Source: a virus
IMG/VR virus record: IMGVR_UViG_3300014202_001519
DNA length: 64,000 nucleotides
Direction: 5' to 3' (one strand)
Positions within the stretch are counted from its first letter, which is position 1. Each line of letters opens with the position of its first letter. Position numbers and translations under genes: made by a program. Of this stretch, positions 37,710-46,861 are shown piece after piece. The notes beneath the pieces were generated by a model that had not been told where the DNA came from, did no database searches, and saw only the letters and a program-made list of their open reading frames with translations.

Positions 37710-37872
37710 AATGCTCTACCCGATTCTTAATTGCCGCTTTATGCAGTGGCTCATAACAATCGGGGCACCATGCTTTGTTTTGACAAACGCCGCCGCCAGT
37801 GGGTGAGACGTTATAGCGATTTCGCCCAACAAGTTCTTTCCCACATTCATGACAGTGCGTTGCTGTGTTCAT
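37648..37872 (-). CDS. small Zn-finger-like protein
   Basis: CHECG ... CPDC. Confidence 0.5.
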   Translation of the reverse strand: MNTATHCHECGKELVGRNRYNVSPTGGGVCQNKAWCPDCYEPLHKAAIKNRVEHYAHAPSKSKHPFERSEDEDD

Positions 37873-38246
37873 GTTAGGAATATATCCTTGAGAAGTTGTT
37901 CATCATCATCATGTGGACCCAACCGCAATGAAGTAGATGGCATCGTATGAAGATAAAACAAATTGTTCCTAAACAAAGTAAAAAACCCCGCTGACTTTGG
38001 GGTTTCATGGGGTGCTACTAGGTGTTTATGTTCTATAGGACCAGCAACAGGTGCATATCTAAACTCATTTCCAACTCTTACATATTTTATATTTGCTGGG
38101 TTCCCTTCATCTACGATTGCTTTGATTTCTTGGATAGAAAGAGCAGAACGCATCACCTCTACCTCCATGTGACCAAGATCGAACCTCCTTACTGTAGTCC
38201 AGAAAGTTTGCTTGTCAAGACACTTTCTGGAAAATAGATTATACAT
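37869..38246 (-). CDS. hypothetical protein (true start probably downstream of the promoter, ~38168)
   Basis: KYVR...H..L......SAGF pattern. Confidence 0.55.
   Translation of the reverse strand: MYNLFSRKCLDKQTFWTTVRRFDLGHMEVEVMRSALSIQEIKAIVDEGNPANIKYVRVGNEFRYAPVAGPIEHKHLVAPHETPKSAGFFTLFRNNLFYLHTMPSTSLRLGPHDDDEQLLKDIFLT
38191..38218 (-). promoter_or_regulatory. sigma70-like promoter TTGACA-N16-TACAGT
   Basis: 16-bp spacer class. Confidence 0.55.
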
Positions 38247-38251
38247 AAGAT

Positions 38252-38770
38252 ATGCACGAATCCAGTTATAATTTCATGAAAACCTTCGTTGAGCAGTATG
38301 TCAAAAAGGGTGATTCCGTTTTAGATGTAGGATCATACGACGTAAATGGTTCTTATAAACCATTGTTTGACGGCTGCCATTATTTGGGCATTGATATAGA
38401 AACAGGCCCAAACGTAGACGTTGTTCTAAGTGAAATGTATAAATATCCGTTTCCAGATAATCATTTTGATGTTGTTGTATCTGGACAATGCTTGGAGCAT
38501 ACATTCCACCCGTGGCGAGCGGTCAATGAAATTGGCCGTGTCGTAAAACACGGCGGCTTTGTTTGTTTAATAGCACCCTGGCAATGGCCGATACACCGCT
38601 ATCCAGTAGATTGCTTTAGAATACTACCAGATGGCATGGCCAATATGATGAAAGATGCTGGACTAGAAGTTCTTTCTTGCACCCATAGCACCGCTGGTAC
38701 TAGCTTTAGTCCTGTCGAGAACGATTGCTATGGAGTCGGCAGGAAACTACTCCCAATACTTACCCCATGA
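38252..38770 (+). CDS. class I SAM-dependent methyltransferase (Methyltransf_11-like, glycan-cluster type)
   Basis: VLDVGSYDVNG, FDVVVSGQCLEH, HRYPVDCFR; TACATAA upstream. Confidence 0.85.
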   Translation: MHESSYNFMKTFVEQYVKKGDSVLDVGSYDVNGSYKPLFDGCHYLGIDIETGPNVDVVLSEMYKYPFPDNHFDVVVSGQCLEHTFHPWRAVNEIGRVVKHGGFVCLIAPWQWPIHRYPVDCFRILPDGMANMMKDAGLEVLSCTHSTAGTSFSPVENDCYGVGRKLLPILTP

Positions 38771-39376
38771 TGTTCCGAAGAACTTCTGAATCTTTTTTAA
38801 GTATTCCCAGGTTTTAATCTTGGTCATCCACAGTTTATGACCTTGCCCACCCTTACAGACTACCCCTTCGTCTATTGGGTACTTTTTCTCTCGTACATCC
38901 GTGATGAAGTCTTCCGTAAGTCTGCCCTGGTAAATGACTTCGGCACTACGGACGTGTCCGAATTGAGAAACAAAGTCCAAAGGACTTACAAAGCCTCGTT
39001 TGTGTATGTTTACGTCAAATAGGACTAATTCTTTTGGGTCGTTATTATCTACCTGTAAGATTCCAGGGTCATGTAACCCAGCAAAAGAATGCGGTCCTAG
39101 ATACTCCATGAAAACGATGGCACTTTCTGCCTTTGGATAATTGTCTCGAATCGCTTTTGTCAGTGGTTCGGCGTGCGTGTTCTCAAAAATGCCGATGGCG
39201 TCCCCGAAGTGCTTGTCTGTTTTATCAAACAAGTGACCTCTGGTGCCCCACTTATACCAACCGCGTTTTTTATCCCATTCACTCCGCAGATTACTGCCGT
39301 CGTATTTGCGGAAAGCAATACAATGCTGGTTGATATATTCGTTTAGAACTTTAGGTATACTTGGATATTCTTTCAT
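38747..39376 (-). CDS. RNA ligase-like nucleotidyltransferase (Rnl2-type)
   Basis: KYDGSN (motif I), FMEY, LFDV, EGVVCK, KIKT. Confidence 0.75.
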   Translation of the reverse strand: MKEYPSIPKVLNEYINQHCIAFRKYDGSNLRSEWDKKRGWYKWGTRGHLFDKTDKHFGDAIGIFENTHAEPLTKAIRDNYPKAESAIVFMEYLGPHSFAGLHDPGILQVDNNDPKELVLFDVNIHKRGFVSPLDFVSQFGHVRSAEVIYQGRLTEDFITDVREKKYPIDEGVVCKGGQGHKLWMTKIKTWEYLKKIQKFFGTSWGKYWE

Positions 39377-40050
39377 TTCTTCTTTATTACTTCAATCTGA
39401 CCCTTCTTAGGACCAGTACAGTAAACCCTTTCGCAAGCTTCCATCCCGCCAGGAGGACTTTCAAGGATATTGACTCTGAGAACAACCTTGTCGATACAGC
39501 CTTTGAAACACAGGTGCGGGATAAGTTGGGACCGCAGTGAATCGAAGGTGACTTTGGGCGCTGGAGATACATCGAACGCTCTGACGAACCTACCGATATT
39601 GAAGTTAAATCCAGGGAACACTACTTCCCCGTCAGCTTTACCGCCGTAAATTTCCCTTAATGCAGGGAAGAAAAGAACCTCAAAAGACCCGTTACTAAGT
39701 TCGCTTATCTTGCAGCCAACGCTACCCAAACTGTCCCAACTCTTGTTGACTGCCGCAGTAAGCTTGTCAAAGAATGGGGGCGGTGTAGATTTGGACGAAT
39801 TTAAGAAACGGTAGTTTTTCTTGTCCTTCATGCGATGACTCCGATTAGTGGTTTCTGCGCGCTGGACACCAAAATATACAACAAAGTTGGACTTTGGTAA
39901 ATCAAAGGGGTTCGTAGATAAGAACCTTCGTATCTTCGGGCAAATCCTCAGCAAAATTCTCAATATGAGTCTTAACCACTCCCCACGGCAATCCACCCAG
40001 GCCACAACCAAGCGCGGGAATAGCAATGGATTTAATACCCCGCGACTCAA
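39373..40050 (-). CDS. hypothetical protein (true start probably MKDKKN, ~39831)
   Basis: promoter-like TTTACC-N17-TATATT lies inside the annotated 5' extension. Confidence 0.55.
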   Translation of the reverse strand: MSRGVLNPLLFPRLVVAWVDCRGEWLRLILRILLRICPKIRRFLSTNPFDLPKSNFVVYFGVQRAETTNRSHRMKDKKNYRFLNSSKSTPPPFFDKLTAAVNKSWDSLGSVGCKISELSNGSFEVLFFPALREIYGGKADGEVVFPGFNFNIGRFVRAFDVSPAPKVTFDSLRSQLIPHLCFKGCIDKVVLRVNILESPPGGMEACERVYCTGPKKGQIEVIKKK

Positions 40051-40429
40051 CTACATGCTTCAATTTATCCAAACCATCCGTGACATATTCCAATTTGGAT
40101 GGAGATAGATCATCTTTAGTAGGAAAATTGATAATGTATTTCGGGTCGCCTTCTGGATTAGTCCAAATGTGCATTAAACCAGGCCGCAAAGCCTTAGCCT
40201 TGCAAATCCTGATATAATCCTTATTCATTTTAGGGAATTTCTTCCTGAACGCCGCAGCCAGTCCAGCACCCATAACGCCTATACAATTGACCGTGTTTAC
40301 CAGTGCTTCGCAACCTGACTCAAACAAATCGCCCTTGCGATATTCATACATATCAACGTAGCGAATACAGCATACACAGCCTGCATTATCGCATACATCG
40401 CAATATGGTTTCATTCTAATCGTTTTCAT
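39902..40429 (-). CDS. macrodomain ADP-ribosylhydrolase (DarG/TARG1-like)
   Basis: GDLF...ALVNTVNC.GVMGAG.A..F...IINFPTK...SIAIPALGCGLGGL.W. Confidence 0.9.
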   Translation of the reverse strand: MKTIRMKPYCDVCDNAGCVCCIRYVDMYEYRKGDLFESGCEALVNTVNCIGVMGAGLAAAFRKKFPKMNKDYIRICKAKALRPGLMHIWTNPEGDPKYIINFPTKDDLSPSKLEYVTDGLDKLKHVVESRGIKSIAIPALGCGLGGLPWGVVKTHIENFAEDLPEDTKVLIYEPL

Positions 40430-41168
40430 AGTATTCTTTCCTTATTTGTTCATTAAGAAGATTGTGCGACTTCTCAATGTATGGCCAAGCCAAATCTGAA
40501 ATCCTTTTTAATTCTGGATCGTGTTTCCAATTACCGCCAGGATGTAGTTTTATAATGTATTCCGCTTTCTCGTCCTGACCATAGAACGCCACTTCACCAA
40601 AAGCGTTTTCAAGATAGTTCTCAAACTTCTCAACAGGAAAGGCTGCTTCGCCAATCACAATTTCATCTTCTAATTTACCGACATGACAATATACATCCTT
40701 GCCATTAGGATCAATGAAATTGATCTTTAGTGGATGCCAGGACGTGCGTTCCCTGCCATTGTGAACATCAGGGAAATCCAAATGCGGGCCATCCCACCAG
40801 TAACGATGCCTGACAGTTAATGGGAATACAGCTGCGTTATGATGCTCGCAAATTTCTAATGCTTTGTGGTAGTCAGCCAATTGCTTGTATGTTTCATCTT
40901 CCTTATTAGGCACGTTTTCTAATAGGACTTTAGATTCTTGGAGCATGGCATAAAATATATGAATGTATATAACAGGATAATGCACATCGGGGTCAAATGG
41001 CTCATTGATGACCCTAACGATGTTTTCAGCGCGTTCCCGTGCTGCAAGGTGCAAAATCCCATCATGCCCAAATATTTTAATTGCCTCTTCCAGATTCATT
41101 TCATCACCGTGCAAGAGTGTTTGTAATGAAATAGATGCAATAAGCCACTGCTGGAAATATGACGACAC
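40416..41168 (-). CDS. hypothetical protein (start probably MNLEEA)
   Basis: long ORF in the run. Confidence 0.55.
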   Translation of the reverse strand: MSSYFQQWLIASISLQTLLHGDEMNLEEAIKIFGHDGILHLAARERAENIVRVINEPFDPDVHYPVIYIHIFYAMLQESKVLLENVPNKEDETYKQLADYHKALEICEHHNAAVFPLTVRHRYWWDGPHLDFPDVHNGRERTSWHPLKINFIDPNGKDVYCHVGKLEDEIVIGEAAFPVEKFENYLENAFGEVAFYGQDEKAEYIIKLHPGGNWKHDPELKRISDLAWPYIEKSHNLLNEQIRKEYYEND

Positions 41169-41418
41169 CTAGATAAAGTCTTCCCCTAAGATTGCCAAGA
41201 GCCGCCCAAATGGTAAAGAAGGCAGCTACACCCCTGGCAATCCATGTTGCAGTTTCAACAGGAATGCCGACAATCTTTGCTGGAACGAAGACTACCCATA
41301 GGAATATGAAGTAAAACATAACCAGGGCGATTGCCATTGCAGGAGCATTAAGGCCAGTACCCTGACTGTTTTTCAAATAATCAAAGCGGTTAGGATTGTG
41401 CGTATTCCCAAAATACAT
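41104..41418 (-). CDS. membrane protein (3 TM)
   Basis: three hydrophobic segments; AGGAG RBS. Confidence 0.6.
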   Translation of the reverse strand: MYFGNTHNPNRFDYLKNSQGTGLNAPAMAIALVMFYFIFLWVVFVPAKIVGIPVETATWIARGVAAFFTIWAALGNLRGRLYLGVVIFPAVAYCIYFITNTLAR

Positions 41419-41426
41419 GATAGCTC

Positions 41427-41714
41427 CTACTTAGGTTGTTTCTTTTCACGTCTGCGTTTTCTTTCTTCTCTTGCCCAAATGCTTATGTAATGGTATTTGT
41501 CCATTACAACAGGAGAAATCCAGGTTTTGTGTCCAGGTGGCGTCCATGAGCAGGCGATATTCTTCCATTTTGGGTCTTTTTCTTTCTTATTGACCCAGCG
41601 GATTAGGTGTCCACCTTGATCGTATGCCCAATGCGGTCCTGCATGTCCAGGGACACCCTGGCACTGAACGTCTTTAAGAGTGTCCTTCGACCGACACTGT
41701 TTCGGGTCTTTCAT
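41427..41714 (-). CDS. hypothetical protein (C...C....H.G.H motif)
   Basis: 95-aa ORF. Confidence 0.5.
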   Translation of the reverse strand: MKDPKQCRSKDTLKDVQCQGVPGHAGPHWAYDQGGHLIRWVNKKEKDPKWKNIACSWTPPGHKTWISPVVMDKYHYISIWAREERKRRREKKQPK

Positions 41715-41934
41715 TATTTATCTCCACTATGCTGTAGCCCCCCTCATTATCAAACTTTATGTCTTTCATACAGGATGGATACCCAACTACTAACTTAGCT
41801 AAACTTAAATCGTTTTCAAGTTTTTTAACTTTACGTTGAAGGATTATTTTCCTATCAACTAAACGTAAAATCACCCTGATAAGAATTACAATGACAAGTG
41901 TTAAGAATCCAGTCATAAACATGAAGAAGTTCAT
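41674..41934 (-). CDS. small membrane-anchored protein
   Basis: N-terminal TM plus short coiled coil. Confidence 0.5.
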   Translation of the reverse strand: MNFFMFMTGFLTLVIVILIRVILRLVDRKIILQRKVKKLENDLSLAKLVVGYPSCMKDIKFDNEGGYSIVEINNERPETVSVEGHS

Positions 41935-42112
41935 GATTAGTCCTAGTATAAAATCACTTCAAGGCACCACTTCCAGAAAATTCTAGCCTTATGCTTAAAA
42001 GGCGTGTATTTATTCCTGAAAAGTTGCTGGTCAAGTGTAAGACCGCACTTGTCGCATTGATCCAAGGATTCAATATAGCTTGAATCGCAATGAATACAGA
42101 CTGTCAATGCCA

Positions 42113-42343
42113 TTATAGCTCCCCCACGTCCTCACGGGTATGGAATTTTACGATTTTAACCTTTTGTTTGGTGACAACGGAAATTTGATGGGCGAAGGGC
42201 CGCAGAGACTTCAACCGTTCTTCGTCGGCACAAATCATTGGCACCCATTGGTTTGTGCGCGGATCATTGAAACCGCAGATGCCCTCATTGCCACTATCGT
42301 CTTGGGAAATATACGCCCAAACTTCATTAATTTTAAATGCCAT
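42113..42343 (-). CDS. hypothetical protein
   Basis: 76-aa ORF downstream of ardC. Confidence 0.55.
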   Translation of the reverse strand: MAFKINEVWAYISQDDSGNEGICGFNDPRTNQWVPMICADEERLKSLRPFAHQISVVTKQKVKIVKFHTREDVGEL

Positions 42344-43257
42344 TATGCTACACTTTCATCAATTTGATTGAATCTGGACTCACTAGACCCCAAGATATAG
42401 TCTACGGCATTAGACGCCGAAGCACATACCTGAAAAATAAGGTTTTCGTCTTGTCGCATCAGTTGAATCCATTGCATATACCACTTGTTAAAGTTGGAGA
42501 AGGAAATACTATGGGGAACCCCAAGTTCCTCTACAAGCATTGCCGCCCCAATATCCGCTCGCAATTCACGGATTGCTTCATCGGAGTTAGTATCATACCC
42601 AAGTCTAGGTTCGCTCCAGTGAATCAATTCATGAGCGAGAGCTTCATAATAACTAGGCATTCCACCCAAGCCATCTTCTTCAAAACATGCCTTAGTCGGC
42701 AGTGTAATACAATCTTTCGGCGGGTAGAAATACCATGCCTCGCCAGTGGTATTGTGTTCAATCTTTGCTTTAGTAGAGTGTAGAACCTTCTCTGCTAAAT
42801 CATATACTGGCATAAGCTTAGGGCGGGATTTATAACCTTCCAAAATTGAAGTCAATTGGTCGGCATTATAGACGATTGAAGATGCGGTCAGCAGCTTGTT
42901 CACTTCTGTCTTATAGAGGATGGTTTCCGTAGACCAACTACCGAGAGGAACGCTTTCTGGCCGACTTTTAATCCCTGATCCAAGCTCCGCAAATTGGGCG
43001 ACGGTGCCCCACCAGTTACTAATGAAGCCATGCTCCCTTGCTGACATTTGTAGCAAAAGGAAGTTGATACCAAAGAACTTCTTCTTGGTTTTGGCGTCAC
43101 GCGGGTAGCCAACACCTTCCCCGCAACCTTCCCACGGCTTTTGCCAGGGAACATAACGGTTTTCTAACGCCCGAACAATACGATTGTTAATGCCCTTGCG
43201 AAGCAAAATGCTAAAGTCTTCCTTAGTTCGCTTCGGGGAAAGTGTCGCCAAACTCAT
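42343..43257 (-). CDS. ardC: ArdC-like antirestriction protein (ssDNA-binding domain + zincin-like domain)
   Basis: PWQKPW, GINFLLL, WGT..Q, HELIHW, ELRADIGA. Confidence 0.85.
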   Translation of the reverse strand: MSLATLSPKRTKEDFSILLRKGINNRIVRALENRYVPWQKPWEGCGEGVGYPRDAKTKKKFFGINFLLLQMSAREHGFISNWWGTVAQFAELGSGIKSRPESVPLGSWSTETILYKTEVNKLLTASSIVYNADQLTSILEGYKSRPKLMPVYDLAEKVLHSTKAKIEHNTTGEAWYFYPPKDCITLPTKACFEEDGLGGMPSYYEALAHELIHWSEPRLGYDTNSDEAIRELRADIGAAMLVEELGVPHSISFSNFNKWYMQWIQLMRQDENLIFQVCASASNAVDYILGSSESRFNQIDESVA

Positions 43258-43597
43258 CGTCCACCTCTACATCTTTCTTTCTGTTTTTGCCGTAAATGGC
43301 TTCTCCTGTTTCAAGATCATATGCAATCGCACCATCCTCAGCGAAAGGGTTCCAATCCGCTAGGAACACATAATGCTCTGGATGATGCTCATTGTCTTCG
43401 CTGCTACGAGTTTTCTGGCATTCCTCGCCCGTCTCCGCACCGCTCACGAAATGTTCAATGGTATGGAAGCTGATGACAGGACAAAGCGGCACGTCCTTAT
43501 CACCATCAGCCTGCGACATGAAAACCTGTGCAGGTTGATCCAACTGTGCATCCGTCATGCCATCCAGAATCATCTTAATATCGCGGTAGCTCAGCAT
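43223..43597 (-). CDS. hypothetical protein
   Basis: 124-aa ORF. Confidence 0.55.
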   Translation of the reverse strand: MLSYRDIKMILDGMTDAQLDQPAQVFMSQADGDKDVPLCPVISFHTIEHFVSGAETGEECQKTRSSEDNEHHPEHYVFLADWNPFAEDGAIAYDLETGEAIYGKNRKKDVEVDDEFGDTFPEAN

Positions 43598-43599
43598 AT

Positions 43600-43815
43600 T
43601 TAACCTTTTGTTTTAACAAACATCCCTGTGTTCGTGCATTGTATATATAGCTGTCCTTTACCTTCACCCAGGCCAACGCCATGAGCCAAGGCACAGAAAG
43701 GACACATAAATGCCCACGGACCTTGTTTGACTTTGCCATCGACAAATTTATCTTCAATTTCTGTCAGGCATAAATCGCAGTTTGTAGGCGGGTCGCCAGT
43801 CCATGTAGTATTCAT
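43600..43815 (-). CDS. small Cys-containing phage protein (CD.C...DG....GPWA.MC..C...G.G.G.GQ.Y)
   Basis: pattern I recognise from phage hypotheticals. Confidence 0.6.
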   Translation of the reverse strand: MNTTWTGDPPTNCDLCLTEIEDKFVDGKVKQGPWAFMCPFCALAHGVGLGEGKGQLYIQCTNTGMFVKTKG

Positions 43816-43830
43816 ATAAAAAACAAGGCG

Positions 43831-44910
43831 CTATGCTGCCATAGCGCCTTTGCCCTCGTTTGGAAGTTTACGAATATCAAGTTCCTTCAATCCAGCTTCG
43901 GTGATGGAATAACCCTTGCACGAAACTGTAACCAAAGGTTCCTGATCGTCAGTCGCCGCCAACAGCCAAGGAAGAATGAACTTCTCCAATTCCTCAGACT
44001 TGCAACCAGCAACGATTGGCAGACGCTTTTCAGCGACAGGCCCGCGCCCCAACGCCTTGAGAATCGACAACCGCTGGTAGCTCATGCCGAGAGGATCAAT
44101 TTCATTATCTTCCGCAACCGCACGGGCGACATTACCCCAGCTTTCAAGCGGATTCATGTTACGTTCTAGCTGCATTTCCCGTGCGAACGCCAACGCTTCG
44201 CGGGGAACCCGTCCGCAGAAATATGCAACCAGATTGCACACACGAATATCCCATGAAGGATTGTTGACCTTAACAATCTTTGCCACTTCATCCTTAGTGT
44301 AAAGATTAAGGACACATTTCGTAAACCGAGTATCGAAAGCGTCGAACAACTTGCCACGATCCGTAGTGGCAATCATCCAGTGAACATTCTTGCAATTAAC
44401 CGTGACGCCCTTTTCCGTCACCAAGATACCGTCATTGTGTTCCGTAGCCTTGAGCAAACCGTCTACAACAGGTGCAGACAAGGCATGAACTTCGTCAATA
44501 AAGATATTAAGCGGCGGCGGAACGTAATTGTCTTCGCGGTTCAGTGGCACCAACGGCAAGCCAGCTTCGGTAAGAACCCTAGACATAATCTTAAAAATGT
44601 CATGGGTAGTCTTAACCGACTTAGGCGAAATCTCCACCAGCGGGAGCTTATTAGCCTTAGCATGACGACGCGCTAGTTCAGTCTTGCCACAACCAGCCTG
44701 CCCAATGAAGGCGATGTTAAGATCATTGCAGACATGGTTATGACGACCAAGCGCCTCAAAGTCAATGCGAATAAGCCTATCGACCGCCCGACGATTCCCA
44801 ATGAAGCCGAAGTAAGGCGAAACAGGATTGGACGGGTCCAGGTAAGCCCGACGTGCCTCAACAGAAGGGGCAGGATTACCGTTGAAAAATTCCAAGTAAA
44901 GCTGATTCAT
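43831..44910 (-). CDS. ruvB: RuvB-like Holliday-junction branch migration AAA+ helicase
   Basis: FIGN, GQAGCGKT, IFIDEVH, ATT..GKL...F..RF, G.VPREA, EE..LP.L...GY.IT..G. Confidence 0.8.
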   Translation of the reverse strand: MNQLYLEFFNGNPAPSVEARRAYLDPSNPVSPYFGFIGNRRAVDRLIRIDFEALGRHNHVCNDLNIAFIGQAGCGKTELARRHAKANKLPLVEISPKSVKTTHDIFKIMSRVLTEAGLPLVPLNREDNYVPPPLNIFIDEVHALSAPVVDGLLKATEHNDGILVTEKGVTVNCKNVHWMIATTDRGKLFDAFDTRFTKCVLNLYTKDEVAKIVKVNNPSWDIRVCNLVAYFCGRVPREALAFAREMQLERNMNPLESWGNVARAVAEDNEIDPLGMSYQRLSILKALGRGPVAEKRLPIVAGCKSEELEKFILPWLLAATDDQEPLVTVSCKGYSITEAGLKELDIRKLPNEGKGAMAA

Positions 44911-44941
44911 AGTTCACTCCAGTTTTTGTCTACACCAGCTT

Positions 44942-44957
44942 TGGTACAATTGCAATT
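44942..44957 (-). promoter_or_regulatory. 16-bp motif AATTGCAATTGTACCA (copy 4, upstream of ruvB-like)
   Basis: exact copy. Confidence 0.75.
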
Positions 44958-44959
44958 GT

Positions 44960-45286
44960 CTATTCTAGCCTAAGACTAGCTTCCGTAGCTTTGGCTAAAC
45001 TGGAGCCGATTTTCTCAAATAAATCATCTGGACTGTAGCCAGGATAAGATAAACCCGTCGCATGGTACTGTTCAGCCTTCCAGTGGCAGTTGTTTTGGTC
45101 AATCCCAGCGCATAATGTAATGCCGTTCTCCAAAACGTAACCGCCATTGGGCATCAGGTGTCGATCTTGTATATGGTGAGCATCCAGCTTACATTCCCGC
45201 TTACCGCACATCACGCACTGATTCCCGTCACGGTCATAGACCGCATCGCGGAAGTCGTCCCTGACCTGTTTCTTTTTATTTTTCAT
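44960..45286 (-). CDS. HNH endonuclease
   Basis: VYDRDG..CVMCG...LDAHHI...NGITLC...CH. Confidence 0.85.
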   Translation of the reverse strand: MKNKKKQVRDDFRDAVYDRDGNQCVMCGKRECKLDAHHIQDRHLMPNGGYVLENGITLCAGIDQNNCHWKAEQYHATGLSYPGYSPDDLFEKIGSSLAKATEASLRLE

Positions 45287-45665
45287 CAGGTATATCCGAC
45301 GTAGCCTTATAGAACCTTTTCAAGATAGTAGCGAAGCCATCTGCGATGTTATTAATTATTTCATCTTGCATACGGGTAATAATGTCTACGCACGGCCCGA
45401 AACTATCTTCACCTGGCTTTTGATTCAGAGAACCAAAGAAGACTTCAAACCATCGTTCATCGTGCAATCCAGCACCCGCCCAACCGTGGTCTGGATGTGA
45501 CCGTTTGAATGGGAAAGATGGCTTCCCTGGAAACTTGACAAACCAACATGCCTTCTGATAGTCTATCGTGGCCCCAATGTCGCCAAGGTAGTCTTCAAGA
45601 ATTAACTTCAATTGTTCCAGAGTCGGCTTTTCATGGTGAAATATAACAAAACGGTCAAGTCCCAT
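45276..45665 (-). CDS. hypothetical protein
   Basis: 129-aa ORF. Confidence 0.55.
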   Translation of the reverse strand: MGLDRFVIFHHEKPTLEQLKLILEDYLGDIGATIDYQKACWFVKFPGKPSFPFKRSHPDHGWAGAGLHDERWFEVFFGSLNQKPGEDSFGPCVDIITRMQDEIINNIADGFATILKRFYKATSDIPDEK

Positions 45666-45870
45666 CGCGTTTTTCCTTGTATGCTTTTGTTTTATTGTAG
45701 ACTTCCCTGGCTATACTTCCAGCGGTAAACTGATAGCTAGGAATGTTGTGTAATTCCTTGATGGTTTCCAACGCACAAACACCGCAAACATTTCTGTAAG
45801 CACCATTTACGCACAGCGGTTGTACCAGATCGTCAGGGAGTTTTTCCTCGCATTTACTGCACAGGAGCAT
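45655..45870 (-). CDS. small Zn-finger-like protein
   Basis: CSKC ... CGVC. Confidence 0.5.
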   Translation of the reverse strand: MLLCSKCEEKLPDDLVQPLCVNGAYRNVCGVCALETIKELHNIPSYQFTAGSIAREVYNKTKAYKEKRDGT

Positions 45871-46060
45871 TTGATTCCATATCCTTTAAAAGTTGTTGTA
45901 GAACTTCCTTTGGAATATGAACTTCCAACCACCATGCTAGATTTTTCTTATCGTCCAGGCGCAGCGTTACGCCGTCTTCATGGACGTTAAAATCGGATAC
46001 GATGTTCTCGGAGTCAAACCGAGCTTCCCCAAGGTGCCGACCGTTGACGTGCAGTTTCAT
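45854..46060 (-). CDS. hypothetical protein
   Basis: ATGA-coupled to the SpoU gene. Confidence 0.5.
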   Translation of the reverse strand: MKLHVNGRHLGEARFDSENIVSDFNVHEDGVTLRLDDKKNLAWWLEVHIPKEVLQQLLKDMESNAPVQ

Positions 46061-46650
46061 TGGAAAATGTCCTCATATTCTGATTCGATAAAGCCACGCT
46101 GTTCCTTGAGAATTTCGTCCATTGGACGATTAGGCTCTAAGCCATCAGCGATTCTCTTGGAGAAACGGTCATATAGAATCAAGTATACAGCCGCTGACAA
46201 ATTGACGCAGTGTGCAGTTGGAATTACTACAAACCGATGGCAATGCCGTAGCATTACTTGCTCAATGGAACCATCTTCTGGCCCAAAGACATAGAGTGGA
46301 TTTTCAGGGTGGATAAAGTTTGGAAGTTGTTCCGCATTTTGTCTTAATTCCACCGCAACAGGGGTAACGTCACGGTCGAATTGCTCAAAGAAATAGTCGA
46401 AATTTCTTAGCTCAACTTCGCTGTAACCCTTCATGCGTTCTTCGCGGGGAAGGCGATAACCCTTTGCCTTATCAGCCTTTAGAGGGACGCGGTTGCCGCT
46501 GAACCATAGCTGTTTAATACCAAAGCATGAACAGGCCCGTAGTGCCGCCCCGACATTATGGGGATACTTTGGATTGCATAGGGCAACAGCAGGAGCTACA
46601 CCTTCTTTGGTTTTATTTTTGCCCCATATAGCGGTTTCAATTTGACTCAT
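46057..46650 (-). CDS. SpoU/TrmH (TrmL-like) SPOUT RNA methyltransferase (start reassigned to MSQIET)
   Basis: P.NVGAALRAC..FG, YVFGPEDGS, IP...C.NLS.AV...LYD. Confidence 0.85.
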   Translation of the reverse strand: MSQIETAIWGKNKTKEGVAPAVALCNPKYPHNVGAALRACSCFGIKQLWFSGNRVPLKADKAKGYRLPREERMKGYSEVELRNFDYFFEQFDRDVTPVAVELRQNAEQLPNFIHPENPLYVFGPEDGSIEQVMLRHCHRFVVIPTAHCVNLSAAVYLILYDRFSKRIADGLEPNRPMDEILKEQRGFIESEYEDIFQ

Positions 46651-46831
46651 GATGTTTCTTCTTATAAAAGTGGACAATATAATCTGGCGAATCACCAGCA
46701 TAATAGCATCCACTTGTATCAATTTCAAGTTCAAAATGCGTAGCACCAGCAGGAATTTCGCTATTAGAGTCCCTGTCAAGCGTGATGCTGGCTACCTTTT
46801 CATATTCTTTGTCCATAAGTCTCCATTATAA

Positions 46832-46857
46832 AAGGGGGCTATTTCTAGCCCCCTTTT
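46832..46857. terminator. hairpin terminator after sigma-like gene
   Basis: aaagggggcta-tttc-tagccccctttt. Confidence 0.65.
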
Positions 46858-46861
46858 AGGG

